Positions 1-8,889 of a DNA stretch of 64,000 nucleotides are shown in pieces (within the stretch, counting starts at the first letter, position 1; every line of letters starts with the position of its first letter). The DNA is from an uncultured Acidobacteriota bacterium (GTDB taxonomy: Bacteria; Acidobacteriota; Thermoanaerobaculia; Multivoradales; JAGPDF01): NCBI GenBank assembly GCA_963700315.1, contig CAVOXC010000001.1, forward strand, positions 397,809 to 461,808. Reading direction: 5' to 3'. A program made the position numbers and the translations under genes. Under the pieces are notes generated by a model. That model saw only the letters and a list, made by a program, of their open reading frames with translations. It was not told the DNA's origin and made no database searches.

Positions 1-1
1 G

Positions 2-919
2 GACATCGCCCGCGCTCTGACCGCGTGGACCTTCGACATCGATTGGATCTCCTGGCTCTGGGGCGGCGGCAACACCGGGGCGTTCGTCTTCGCCGACACC
101 TTCGATCCCGATCTTCACTCGACCGAGCCGAAGATCGTCCTCGGCACCTCGATGCCAGCCGGCCGCAGCGCCGAAGTCGACGGCCAGCAGGCGCTCGATC
201 TGCTCGTCCAGCATCCGGCGACGGGCAGGTACGTCGCGACCAAGCTGTGCCGGCGCCTGATTCAGGACTTCCCGCCGCAGTCGCTCGTCGACTCGGCGGC
301 GGCGCTGTTCACCGCCGCATGGCAGGCCCCGGACCAGATCGCCCAAGTCGTGCGGCACATCCTGCTCTCGACCGAGTTTCGCGACGTCTGGGGCGAAAAG
401 ATCAAACGCCCCTTCGAGATCGCCGCCTCGGCGTTGCGTTCGGCCGGCGGCGACTTCCCGTTCACCGTCCTGCCCGGCGACGACGGCGTCAACGGCACTT
501 TCGGCTGGCTCTACGAAGGCTCGGGCCAAACGCTCTTCGGCTGGCACCCGCCCAACGGCCACCCGGACGTTCGAGGCGCCTGGCAGAGCGCCAACCCACG
601 GGTCGCGCTATGGCGCCTGTGCGGTTGGCTGAGCGACTCCGACGAGGCCGACCAGGATCGATTCTTCGACATCGTCGCGTCGACCCTCGCCTCTCCAGCG
701 CGCTCGGCCGAGGCGCTCGTCGATCTCTGGATCGACAGGGTCTTCCACCGTGCGATCCCCGCCGCCGACCGCGATGAGCTGGTCGAGCTCATGGCTCAGG
801 GGCACAACCCGACGTTGCCTCTGCCACTCGAGTCCAACGACTGGCCCGAGTACACGCAGGACCGCTTGCGCACGCTCGTGGGCGTGATGTTCATGTCCCC
901 CGAATTCCTGTGGCGTTGA
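2..919 (+). CDS. DUF1800 family protein, C-terminal portion (5' end outside window)
   Basis: The frame is open from the window edge to TGA at 917-919. The translation (HPATGRYVATKLCRRL ... WGEKIKRPFE ... FMSPEFLWR) is paralogous to the 2450-4198 gene and fits the DUF1800 pattern. Its usual DUF1501 partner starts 26 nt downstream. Confidence 0.8.
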   Translation, partial: DIARALTAWTFDIDWISWLWGGGNTGAFVFADTFDPDLHSTEPKIVLGTSMPAGRSAEVDGQQALDLLVQHPATGRYVATKLCRRLIQDFPPQSLVDSAAALFTAAWQAPDQIAQVVRHILLSTEFRDVWGEKIKRPFEIAASALRSAGGDFPFTVLPGDDGVNGTFGWLYEGSGQTLFGWHPPNGHPDVRGAWQSANPRVALWRLCGWLSDSDEADQDRFFDIVASTLASPARSAEALVDLWIDRVFHRAIPAADRDELVELMAQGHNPTLPLPLESNDWPEYTQDRLRTLVGVMFMSPEFLWR

Positions 920-944
920 TGTCGAGAGATCGAGGAGGCCCGCA

Positions 945-2312
945 ATGAGCACGAACCACTTCACCCGACGCGGCTTCTGCATCGGCTGCTCCGCCGCCAT
1001 CGCGAGCCTGGCCGGCTCTCGATTCAACTCCATGGCATTCGCCGCGCCCGGAGCGTGGACCAACGACGAGATCTTCGTCGTTCTCTTCCTGCGGGGTGGG
1101 CAGGACGGCATGAACCTCGTCATCCCGACCGGCGGCACTTCCAACGATCGCCAGCACTACGACCAGGCCCGGCCCCAGCTCGGCATCGCGTCGGCGATCG
1201 CCAATCAGCTGCCGCTCGGGTCGCTCGCCGGCCCCTCGGGGACCACCGACTTCGGCTTCTATCCGGCCATGGCGCCTCTCCACGACGTCTTCCAGGCCGG
1301 CAAGCTCTCGGTCGCGACCGCTTGCGGCATGGCCGCCAACGAGCGCAGCCACTTCGACTCGATGAATTGGATGGAGCTCGGCACGCCCGGCATCTCGAGC
1401 ACCACGGACGGCTGGCTGACCCGTCACTTGGCGACGGCGTCGAACCTGCCCACCGAGATCGTCCTGCCGTCGCTCTCGGTCGGGAGCTTGCAGCCCGTTT
1501 CGCTGCTCGCCAGCTACGAGACGGTGAACATGGCGAGCCCGGACACCTTCTCGCTTGCGACCGGCCCCTGGCCGTGGCAGAGCGCCAAGCGCGTCGCATT
1601 GCGCCACCTCTACGAGGCGAGGTCCACCTGGCTCCACCAGGCCGGCCTCCAGGCGCTCGACGCCGTCGACATCATCGAGCTCTACGCTTCGGGCGGGTAC
1701 ACCCCTCGTCCCGGTTCCAACTACCCCGGCACCTTCTTCGGCGACAACCTGCAGACGCTCGCGCAGATCATCAAGCTCGATCTCGGGCTGCGGATCGCGA
1801 CGCTCGACCTCGGCGGCTGGGACACCCACGAGAACCAGGCCGGAGCCTTCGACGCCTGGTGGCCGAGATGGCGCAGGGATTGCGCGCGCTCTGGCACGAC
1901 CTCGACGAAGCGCCGAGCCGGCTGCCGCGGCTGACCGTCGCGGTGATGAGCGAGTTCGGCCGACGGTTCGTCCAGAACAGCGACGATGGCTGCGATCACG
2001 GACATGGCAACAACGTTCTGGTGATGTCGGGTCACGCCACTGGCGGGCTGCACGGCGCCTGGCCCGGCGTGCATCCCGATCAGCTCAACGACGGCGATCT
2101 CGAGGTCACCACCGACTTCCGCCGCGTCCTCTCGGAGATCCTGATTCGCCGTCTCGGCAACCCGCGGATCGACCTCGTCTTCCCCGGCTACACAGGCTAT
2201 TCGCCACTCGGAGTCGTTACCGGCCAGGACCTGCCGATCGGCGCCGAGGTGCTTTTCGCCGACGATTTCGAGATCCGGCGCCGCCGATCATTGGGACGTT
2301 CAGACCGGCTGA
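945..2312 (+). pseudogene. DUF1501 domain protein with Tat-type signal, frame disrupted twice as assembled
   Basis: ATG 945 follows a GAGGAGG RBS. Tat-like RRGFCIGCSAAIASLAG is present, plus motifs FLRGGQDGMN, SHFDSMNWME, GGWDTHENQ and MSEFGRR..DHGHG. The frame changes near 1856 (GAFDA / LVAEMAQGLRALW). An extra nt at 2273 restores the tail FESGAADHWDVQTG*, which aligns with the tail of the 4228-5580 paralog. Confidence 0.8.
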
Positions 2313-2449
2313 CGCTGCCGCCCCTTGCCGTCAGCACGAGCGCCCGGTCTCCGCTGTGGAGCCGGGCGCTCTGGCGTTGCGCAGACCTGCATTCGCGACG
2401 CGGCTCGCGTCGGCTAGGTTGCCGCAACCGTTGAGAGCAAGGAGAGCTC

Positions 2450-4198
2450 ATGAGCGACGCCCAGGCCGTCTCGCGCTATCGCCCCCCGACTCGCCGCGAG
2501 CTGGTCGCGGCGGCCGCCGGATCGCGAGGCCGCGGCAACGACGATGGCGACGACGGTCGTGCCACCGTCGCTCGCGCACGCCGTCTTCAACCGCGCCGCC
2601 TTCGGCCCGCGCCCCGGGAGACCTCGCTGCCTTCGAGGCGCTCGGAGTGGACGACGACGGTCGTCTGGCCGCCTGGCTCGCCCTGCAGCTCGCCCCGAAC
2701 GACCTCGACGATCTCGACTACTGGAAACGGCGCAATGGCGATCCCGGGCTTGGCATTCCCGCGGCGGGACTCGTCACTCTCGACAAGACCCTCGCCCAGC
2801 TCTGGACCGACCATCAGATCAACAGCCCCACGCAGCCTTCGCGGCCCGTCGACGAGACACGCCTCGACACGTTCACGCGCATGGTCTACAGCCAGTGGCA
2901 ACTGCAGGGAGGTGCTCGCCGACTTCTGGCTGAACCACTTCAATGTCTACGGCTTCGAGAACTACACGCGCTCGACCTTCGTCCACTGGAACCGCGACGT
3001 CATCCGCGCCAATACCTTCGGCAGCTTCCGGACGATGCTCGAGGCCGCGGCGCGCAGCCCCACCATGCTCTACTACCTCGACAACTACACCAATACGAGG
3101 AGCGGCCCGAACGAGAACTACGCGCGCGAGCTGATCGAGCTGCACACCCTGGGCGCGATGCACTACCGGGGCGTCGACCAGCCGGCCAACGTACCCGCGG
3201 GCGATCCATGGCCGGCCGGAGCACCCGGGTGCCGGCAATCGCCGCTCCCGACGGCTACGTCGACAACGACGTCTACGAGACGACGCGGATCCTGACCGGC
3301 TGGGGCGTCGACGGCACGACCGGCGGCTACCTCTACACCGATGGCAACCACGACCGGTTCGCCAAGTCGTTGCTCGCCTTCGGGTTTCAGAACTTCCCGG
3401 CCGATCGCGGCGAGATCGAGGGCGCGGACCTCTTCGACCTCCTGGCGGCGCATCCGGGCACCGGTCGCCACGTCGCGACCAAGCTCTGCCGTCGGCTCGT
3501 CGCCGATGACCCGGACCCCACTCTGGTGGCCACGGTCGCCGCGCTCTTCACCAGCCAGTGGCAAGCGCCCGACCAGCTCGCGCAAGTCTACGAGGCGATC
3601 CTCACCTCGACCGAGTTCAAGACGACCTGGGGCGAGCAAGATCAAGCGCCCGGTCGAATCCCTGATCTCGGCGCTACGCGCGGTCGGCGCCAACTGGCTC
3701 TTCGGTTTCACGAGTCAGAATCCGCTCACGCTCGAGTCCGACACGAGCAGCTTGCTCTCGCGCCTGTCGAAGACCGGGCAGAATCTGTTCAACCGCGTCC
3801 CGCCCGACGGGTTTCCGGACGTGACCCCGGCCTGGATCTCGTCGAACACGCGGGTGCAGACCTGGCGGATCGCCGCATGGCTGATCGACCAGGACATCGA
3901 CGGCTCCAGCGGCACCGATGACTTCAGGCTCGACGTCATCGGCGTCTCCCACGCCGCCTTCCCACCGGTGCCCCCCGACCTCGTACCGCGCGCCAGCTCG
4001 GACGACTTGGTCGACTTCTGGATCGAGAGACTCCTCGGCCGCGCGCTGCCCGTCGCCGAGCGCGAGGAGATCGTCGATTTCTTCGCGGCGGGCGCGAACC
4101 CCACCTTCCTGCTCGACCTCACCCAGACGAACGTCAAGAGCCGGCTGCGCTCGATGGTCGCGCTGATCTTGATGACCCCCGAGTTCTTGGTGAAGTGA
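2450..4198 (+). pseudogene. DUF1800 family protein, about 5 frame disruptions as assembled
   Basis: Homologous sense can be followed across three frames: TRRELVAAAAG, PPSLAHAVFNRAAFGPRPG, DLAAFEALG...YSQWQL, REVLADFWLNHFNVYG...ELHTLG, VPAIAAPDGYVDNDVYE...HVATKLCRRL...TTWGE, KIKRPVESLISALRA...LMTPEFLVK*. The switches fall near 2520, 2608, 2908, 3227 and 3637 (gag[c]aag). Confidence 0.8.
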
Positions 4199-4227
4199 CT
4201 CGCTCGGCCAACGAAAGGACCGACGCC

Positions 4228-5580
4228 ATGCCCGCCCCGACCCGACGTGGTTTCCTGATGGGCTGCTCCGCGGCGATCGCCAATCTGGCGGCCGCCCGCT
4301 TCACCAACGTCGTCTTCGCCGATCCCGGCACGACACCCGACCACGAGGTGCTGGTCGTGCTCTTCTTGCGCGGAGGCATGGACGGTCTCAACTACGTCGT
4401 GCCCGTGGCGGGCGTCGACCGCCCGCACTACGTCGCCGCGCGGCCGACCCTCGCCGTCCCGGACACCGGTCCCAATGCCGCGCTCGAGCTCGGCGAGCTC
4501 GGTGGCAACCTCTTCGGCCTTCACCCTGGCGCCGCGCCGCTCCATGATCTCTGGCAGGACGGACGGGTCGCCTTCGTCCACGCCTGCGGCCTGGACACCG
4601 CGAGCCGCAGTCACTTCGACAACCAGGCGCAGATCGAGCTCGGTACCCCCGGGTGCGGCTCGACCACGACCGGATGGCTCACCCGGCACTTCCTCTCGGC
4701 GGCGCTGCCCACCCGGAATCGTGATGCCGTCGCTCGCCGTCTCTTCGACGATCCAGACCGCGTTTCAGGCTTCGACCGAGGTCATCGCAATGACCAATCG
4801 GGACGACTTCCTGCTCAACACCGGACCCTCGGCGTGGCGCGACGCGCAGAAGGCGGCGTTGCGCAACATCCTGGAATCGAGCGGCGACTACCTTGCACAG
4901 CAAGGGGGTCGAAGCGCTCGATGCCTCGACGCTGATCGAGCTCAACGTGCCGTCGGGCAGCTACGTCCCGGCCAACGGTGCCGTCTATCCTTCGGGAGCA
5001 TTCGGCGACGCGATGAAGCTGATCGCCCAGATGATCAAGCTCGGCCTCGGATTGCGCGCCGTGACGGTCGATCTCGGCGGCTGGGACACCCACAACAACC
5101 AGGGCTCGGCCGGCGCCGGCGTCTACTTCCAGACTCAGGTCGGCCAGCTCGCACAGGGCCTGCAACGGCTTCTACACCGACCTCGACGGCGGCGGCGGCG
5201 AGGCCTACGCGACTCGAAGGTGACCGTCGCCGCGATGAGCGAGTTCGGCCGGCGCGTCGCCCAGAATGCCGACAACGGCACGGACCATGGCCACGGCGGC
5301 GTCATGACGCATTCTCGGCGGTCGGGTCAACGGCGGCATGTACGGCGATTGGCCGGGGCTCGACGACGGCGGCGGCCAGCTCTACGACGGAGCCGACCTG
5401 GCGATCACCACCGACTTTCGCACCGTGCTCGCCGAGATCCTGGTCGAGCGCCTCGAAAACCAGGACATCGGCTTCGTCTTCCCGGGCTTCGCCTATCCCG
5501 GTCCCTTGGGCTTCGCCACGCTCTTTCGCGACGGCTTCGAGTCCGGCGGCAGCAGCCGCTGGAGCCTGCAGGCGCCCTGA
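4228..5580 (+). pseudogene. DUF1501 domain protein with Tat-type signal, about 5 frame disruptions as assembled
   Basis: ATG 4228 follows GAAAGGA. Tat-like TRRGFLMGCSAAIANLAA is present, plus FLRGGMDGLN, SHFDNQAQIE, GGWDTHNNQ, MSEFGRR..DHGHG and the tail LFRDGFESGGSSRWSLQAP*. Frame switches fall near 4713, 4906 (G5 run), 5166, 5217 and 5307-5310. Confidence 0.8.
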
Positions 5581-5664
5581 GGCGACCGGGTCCCGACCAG
5601 CCGCCTGGGGTGTGCGCCCTCCGCCGCCACCGGCCCGCCCTCGGTCGGCTACGATGGCGGCGCA

Positions 5665-6423
5665 ATGATCGAAGCGCCCGGAGACCACTTCTCCGACCTC
5701 GCCGAGGCGTACGCGCGGCATCGCCCGCGCTATCCGCCAGCGCTCTACGACTGGCTCGGCGAGCAGTCGCCAGGGCGCCGAGCCGCCTGGGACTGCGCGA
5801 CCGGCAACGGGCAGGCCGCGCTCGAGCTCGCTCGCCGCTTCGAACGAGTCGAGGCCACCGACGTCTCACCGACCCAGCTCGCTCGAGCGCCCGCGCATCC
5901 GCGCATCGCCTATCGCGAGGCGCCCGGGGAGGCGAGCGGAATCGCTGCGGGTTCTGTCGATCTGGTCACGGTCGCCCAGGCCGCGCACTGGCTCGACTTG
6001 CCGCGCTTCTTCGCGGAGGTCGAGCGGGTCGCGAGGCCGGGTGCAGTCCTCGCGATCTGGGGCTACCTCATGCTGCGCACCGGCGTCGAGGATCTCGATG
6101 CGGCGATCGGGCAGTTCTTCAGCGCAACGGTTGGCGCCTACTGGCCGCCGGGTCGCGAGTTGCTCGACGCCGGCTACCGCGACTTCGAATTCCCCTTCCC
6201 CGAGATCGCGGCGCCTCGATTCACCATGGCCGCGACTTGGTCTCTCGCCGGCCTCCAGGGCTACCTGTCGAGCTGGTCGGCCGTGGATCGTTACAGGAAA
6301 GCGCTGGGGATCGACCCGGTGCCCCCGTTCGTCGTCGAGATCGCGCCGCTCTGGGGCGAGCCGACGGAGTCGAAGACCGTCTCCTGGCCGCTCGCGCTGC
6401 GGGTGGCGCGCCTCTCCAGCTGA
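5665..6423 (+). CDS. class I SAM-dependent methyltransferase
   Basis: Intact 252-aa ORF. It carries the motif-I-like WDCATGNGQAALELA and the post-I/II pattern VDLVTVAQAAHWLD. Confidence 0.7.
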   Translation: MIEAPGDHFSDLAEAYARHRPRYPPALYDWLGEQSPGRRAAWDCATGNGQAALELARRFERVEATDVSPTQLARAPAHPRIAYREAPGEASGIAAGSVDLVTVAQAAHWLDLPRFFAEVERVARPGAVLAIWGYLMLRTGVEDLDAAIGQFFSATVGAYWPPGRELLDAGYRDFEFPFPEIAAPRFTMAATWSLAGLQGYLSSWSAVDRYRKALGIDPVPPFVVEIAPLWGEPTESKTVSWPLALRVARLSS

Positions 6424-6430
6424 CCTCTCA

Positions 6431-7138
6431 TCAGGGCTCGGACGGCTCGCTCCAGGAGTCGACTATCGGTGGCAACGCTCGGTCCGGCGCGTCGAGCAGG
6501 TCCACGATGTCCGCCGCACGCCTCAGCTCGGCGGTCCAGCGAACGATCTCCTCGTCGAGCTTCTGCTCGCGAAGCACCGCCCGGATCGACTCACGCACCT
6601 CCTCGATCGGCGGCGCGGGCCGCCCCGCCACCGCGAGCTCTGGCACCAACGTCTCCTCGTAGTAGCGGCGGATCTCATCGATTCCGACGAAAACCCGGGG
6701 GCCGAGGCGCTCCTCGACGAAGGACAGGGTCGCAAGCTGTCGCGCGATCAGTTGGCGTACCCCCTGGTCGTCCAAGCCCAGCCGTTCGAGCTCCGCCTGG
6801 AACGCTTGCGCCGATTCGAAGCGACCTCGGACGGCGTCGAACTGCAGGTCGATCTCCTCGACCGGCAGCTGTTCGAAACCGAAGCGGCCGAGCTCGTTCT
6901 GGCGCAGTGCAAGCTCGATCAGCCGGTCGAGCGTTCGGCGGCGCAGAGAGTCGTCGCTCTCCTCGGGCTGTCGCACCACCAGTCCGAGACCGATCACCCG
7001 CTCGAGATCCGAAAGCAGGATCGGCTCCTCGTCGACGAGCGCGACGACCCGATCGACCAGGACGAGGTCCCGCTCGGCGGCATCGACCGACACCGGCACG
7101 AGGGCGAGAGCGAGAAAGAGGGCGAGAAGCCGCAGCAT
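6431..7138 (-). CDS. periplasmic SurA N-terminal-domain-like chaperone
   Basis: Intact 235-aa ORF with signal peptide MLRLLALFLALALVPVSVDA. The helical SurA_N-like sequence reads VDRVVALVDEEPILLSDLE...RRRTLDRLIE. No PPIase domain is visible. Confidence 0.5.
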   Translation of the reverse strand: MLRLLALFLALALVPVSVDAAERDLVLVDRVVALVDEEPILLSDLERVIGLGLVVRQPEESDDSLRRRTLDRLIELALRQNELGRFGFEQLPVEEIDLQFDAVRGRFESAQAFQAELERLGLDDQGVRQLIARQLATLSFVEERLGPRVFVGIDEIRRYYEETLVPELAVAGRPAPPIEEVRESIRAVLREQKLDEEIVRWTAELRRAADIVDLLDAPDRALPPIVDSWSEPSEP

Positions 7139-7180
7139 CGCGGAAGAACCGACACCGGGATGCTAGCATTCTCGTTCACC

Positions 7181-8018
7181 ATGCCCGAGCGGCGCTCCCG
7201 CATCCGAGTCGGCCTCGCCCAGATCGACTCCCGCCTCGGCGAGGTCGACGAGAACCTCGAACGTCATCTCGAGTGGATCGCCGAGGCCCGCGCCCAAGGG
7301 GTCGAACTGCTGCTCTTCCCCGAGCTCTCGCTGACCGGCTACCGTCTCCTCCACCTGACGCCGCGAGTCGCTCTGCGCCCAAGTCGCTCGGAGCGCATTG
7401 CGCGCCTCGCGGCCGCCGCCGACGGCATGGCGGTGGTGGTCGGCTGCGTCGAGGAGGACGACCGCGGCTTTCTCTTCAATAGCGCCCTGCTGCTCGCCGG
7501 CGGGCAAGATCGCCCACGTCCATCGCAAGCTCTACCTGCCGACCTATGGCATCTTTCAAGAAGGGCGGTTCTTCGACCAGGGCAGCCGCCTCGATCTCTG
7601 CCACGTCGACGGCCACCCGATCGGCATCCTGGTCTGCGAGGACTTCTGGCACTCCGATCCGGCCGAGAAACTCGCGCGGGCGGGCGCCAAGCTCGTGGCG
7701 GTGATCTCCGCGGCGCCGGGCCGGCTCGGGCCCGACCCGATGCCGGCCTCGCAGGAAGCCTGGGAGTCGCTGACCCGCGCCTCGGCGCTGCTCAACACCT
7801 CGTGGGTCCTCTACTGTGGCCGGGTCGGCTGGGAGGAAGGGACGTTCTACACCGGCGGCAGCCACATCGTCCGTCCGGGCGGCGAGGTGCTCGCCCGCGG
7901 TCCCTATCTCGACGAGCACCTGCTGGTCGCGGATCTCGATCTGCGCGAAGTCGACAGGATGCGCTGGCGGCTACCGATCCTGGCCGCCGAGCGCCACGAC
8001 ATCGAGGGCCCACGATGA
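7181..8018 (+). pseudogene. carbon-nitrogen hydrolase (nitrilase superfamily), one frame disruption near 7502
   Basis: E-K-C triad contexts are LLFPELSLTGY, HRKLYLPTYG and ILVCEDFWH. The N-terminal part is in frame 2 and the rest in frame 0, switching at LLLAGG/GKIAHV. The alternative start is ATG 7160. The stop overlaps the nadE start (ATGA at 8015-8018). Confidence 0.75.
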
Positions 8019-8849
8019 ACCGCGACGAAGTCGGCGCACGGCTCATACTCCACCCCGAGCTCGCCACCGCCACGCTCGCCCACTTCATCGCGGACGGCGT
8101 CGCCAGCGCGCGCGCCACCGGCGTCGTGGTCGGCCTCTCCGGCGGCGTCGATTCGGCGCTCGCCGCCGCCTTCGCCGCGCGGGCGCTCGGCGTGGATCGC
8201 GTGCACGCGATCTACCTGCCACATCGCCTCTCGAGCGCCGAATCGCAGGAAGGACGCCGGCGCCACCGCCGCCGCCTTCGGGCTGGCGCTGCGCGAGATC
8301 GACATCACGCCCCAGCTCGACACCTATTTCGACGCCAACGAACCGGACGCCGACGCCGTGCGGCGCGGCAACAAGATGGCGCGCGAGCGGATGTCGATCC
8401 TGTTCGACCTCTCGAAGCGGTTCGGCGCGTTGGTTCTCGGCACCTCGAACAAGACCGAGCTGCTCCTCGGCTATTCCACTGTCTTCGGCGACAACGCCTC
8501 GTCGCTCAACCCGATCGGCGATCTCTACAAGTCCCAGGTCTGGCAGCTCGCGGCGCACCTCGGGATCCCCGAGGGGGTGGTCGCCAAGGCGGCGACCGCC
8601 GACCTCTGGCCCGACCAGACCGACGAGGGGGACCTGGGCTTCGACTACGGCACCGCCGACGAGGTGCTCTTCCTGCTCTTCGACCAGGGGTTCCTGCCCG
8701 ACGAGGTCGTCGAGCTCGGCTACCCGGCGCCGACGGTCGAGCGCATCGTCGCCCTCGAGAAGGCGAACCGCTTCAAGCGCCGCATGATGCTGATCGCCCG
8801 CCTCTCCGGCAGCGCCGTCAACCTCGACCGCGAGATCCCCCGCGACTGA
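8015..8849 (+). pseudogene. nadE: NAD+ synthetase (single-domain NadE), one frame disruption near 8252
   Basis: Contains the PP-loop GLSGGVDSALAA, then after the frame switch ...RRGNKMARERMSILFDLS...LGTSNKTELLLGYSTVFGD...NPIGDLYKSQV. Confidence 0.8.
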
Positions 8850-8889
8850 ACCGGGAGGTCGGGGCCTGCGCGATGGAACGCCCGGCTCC

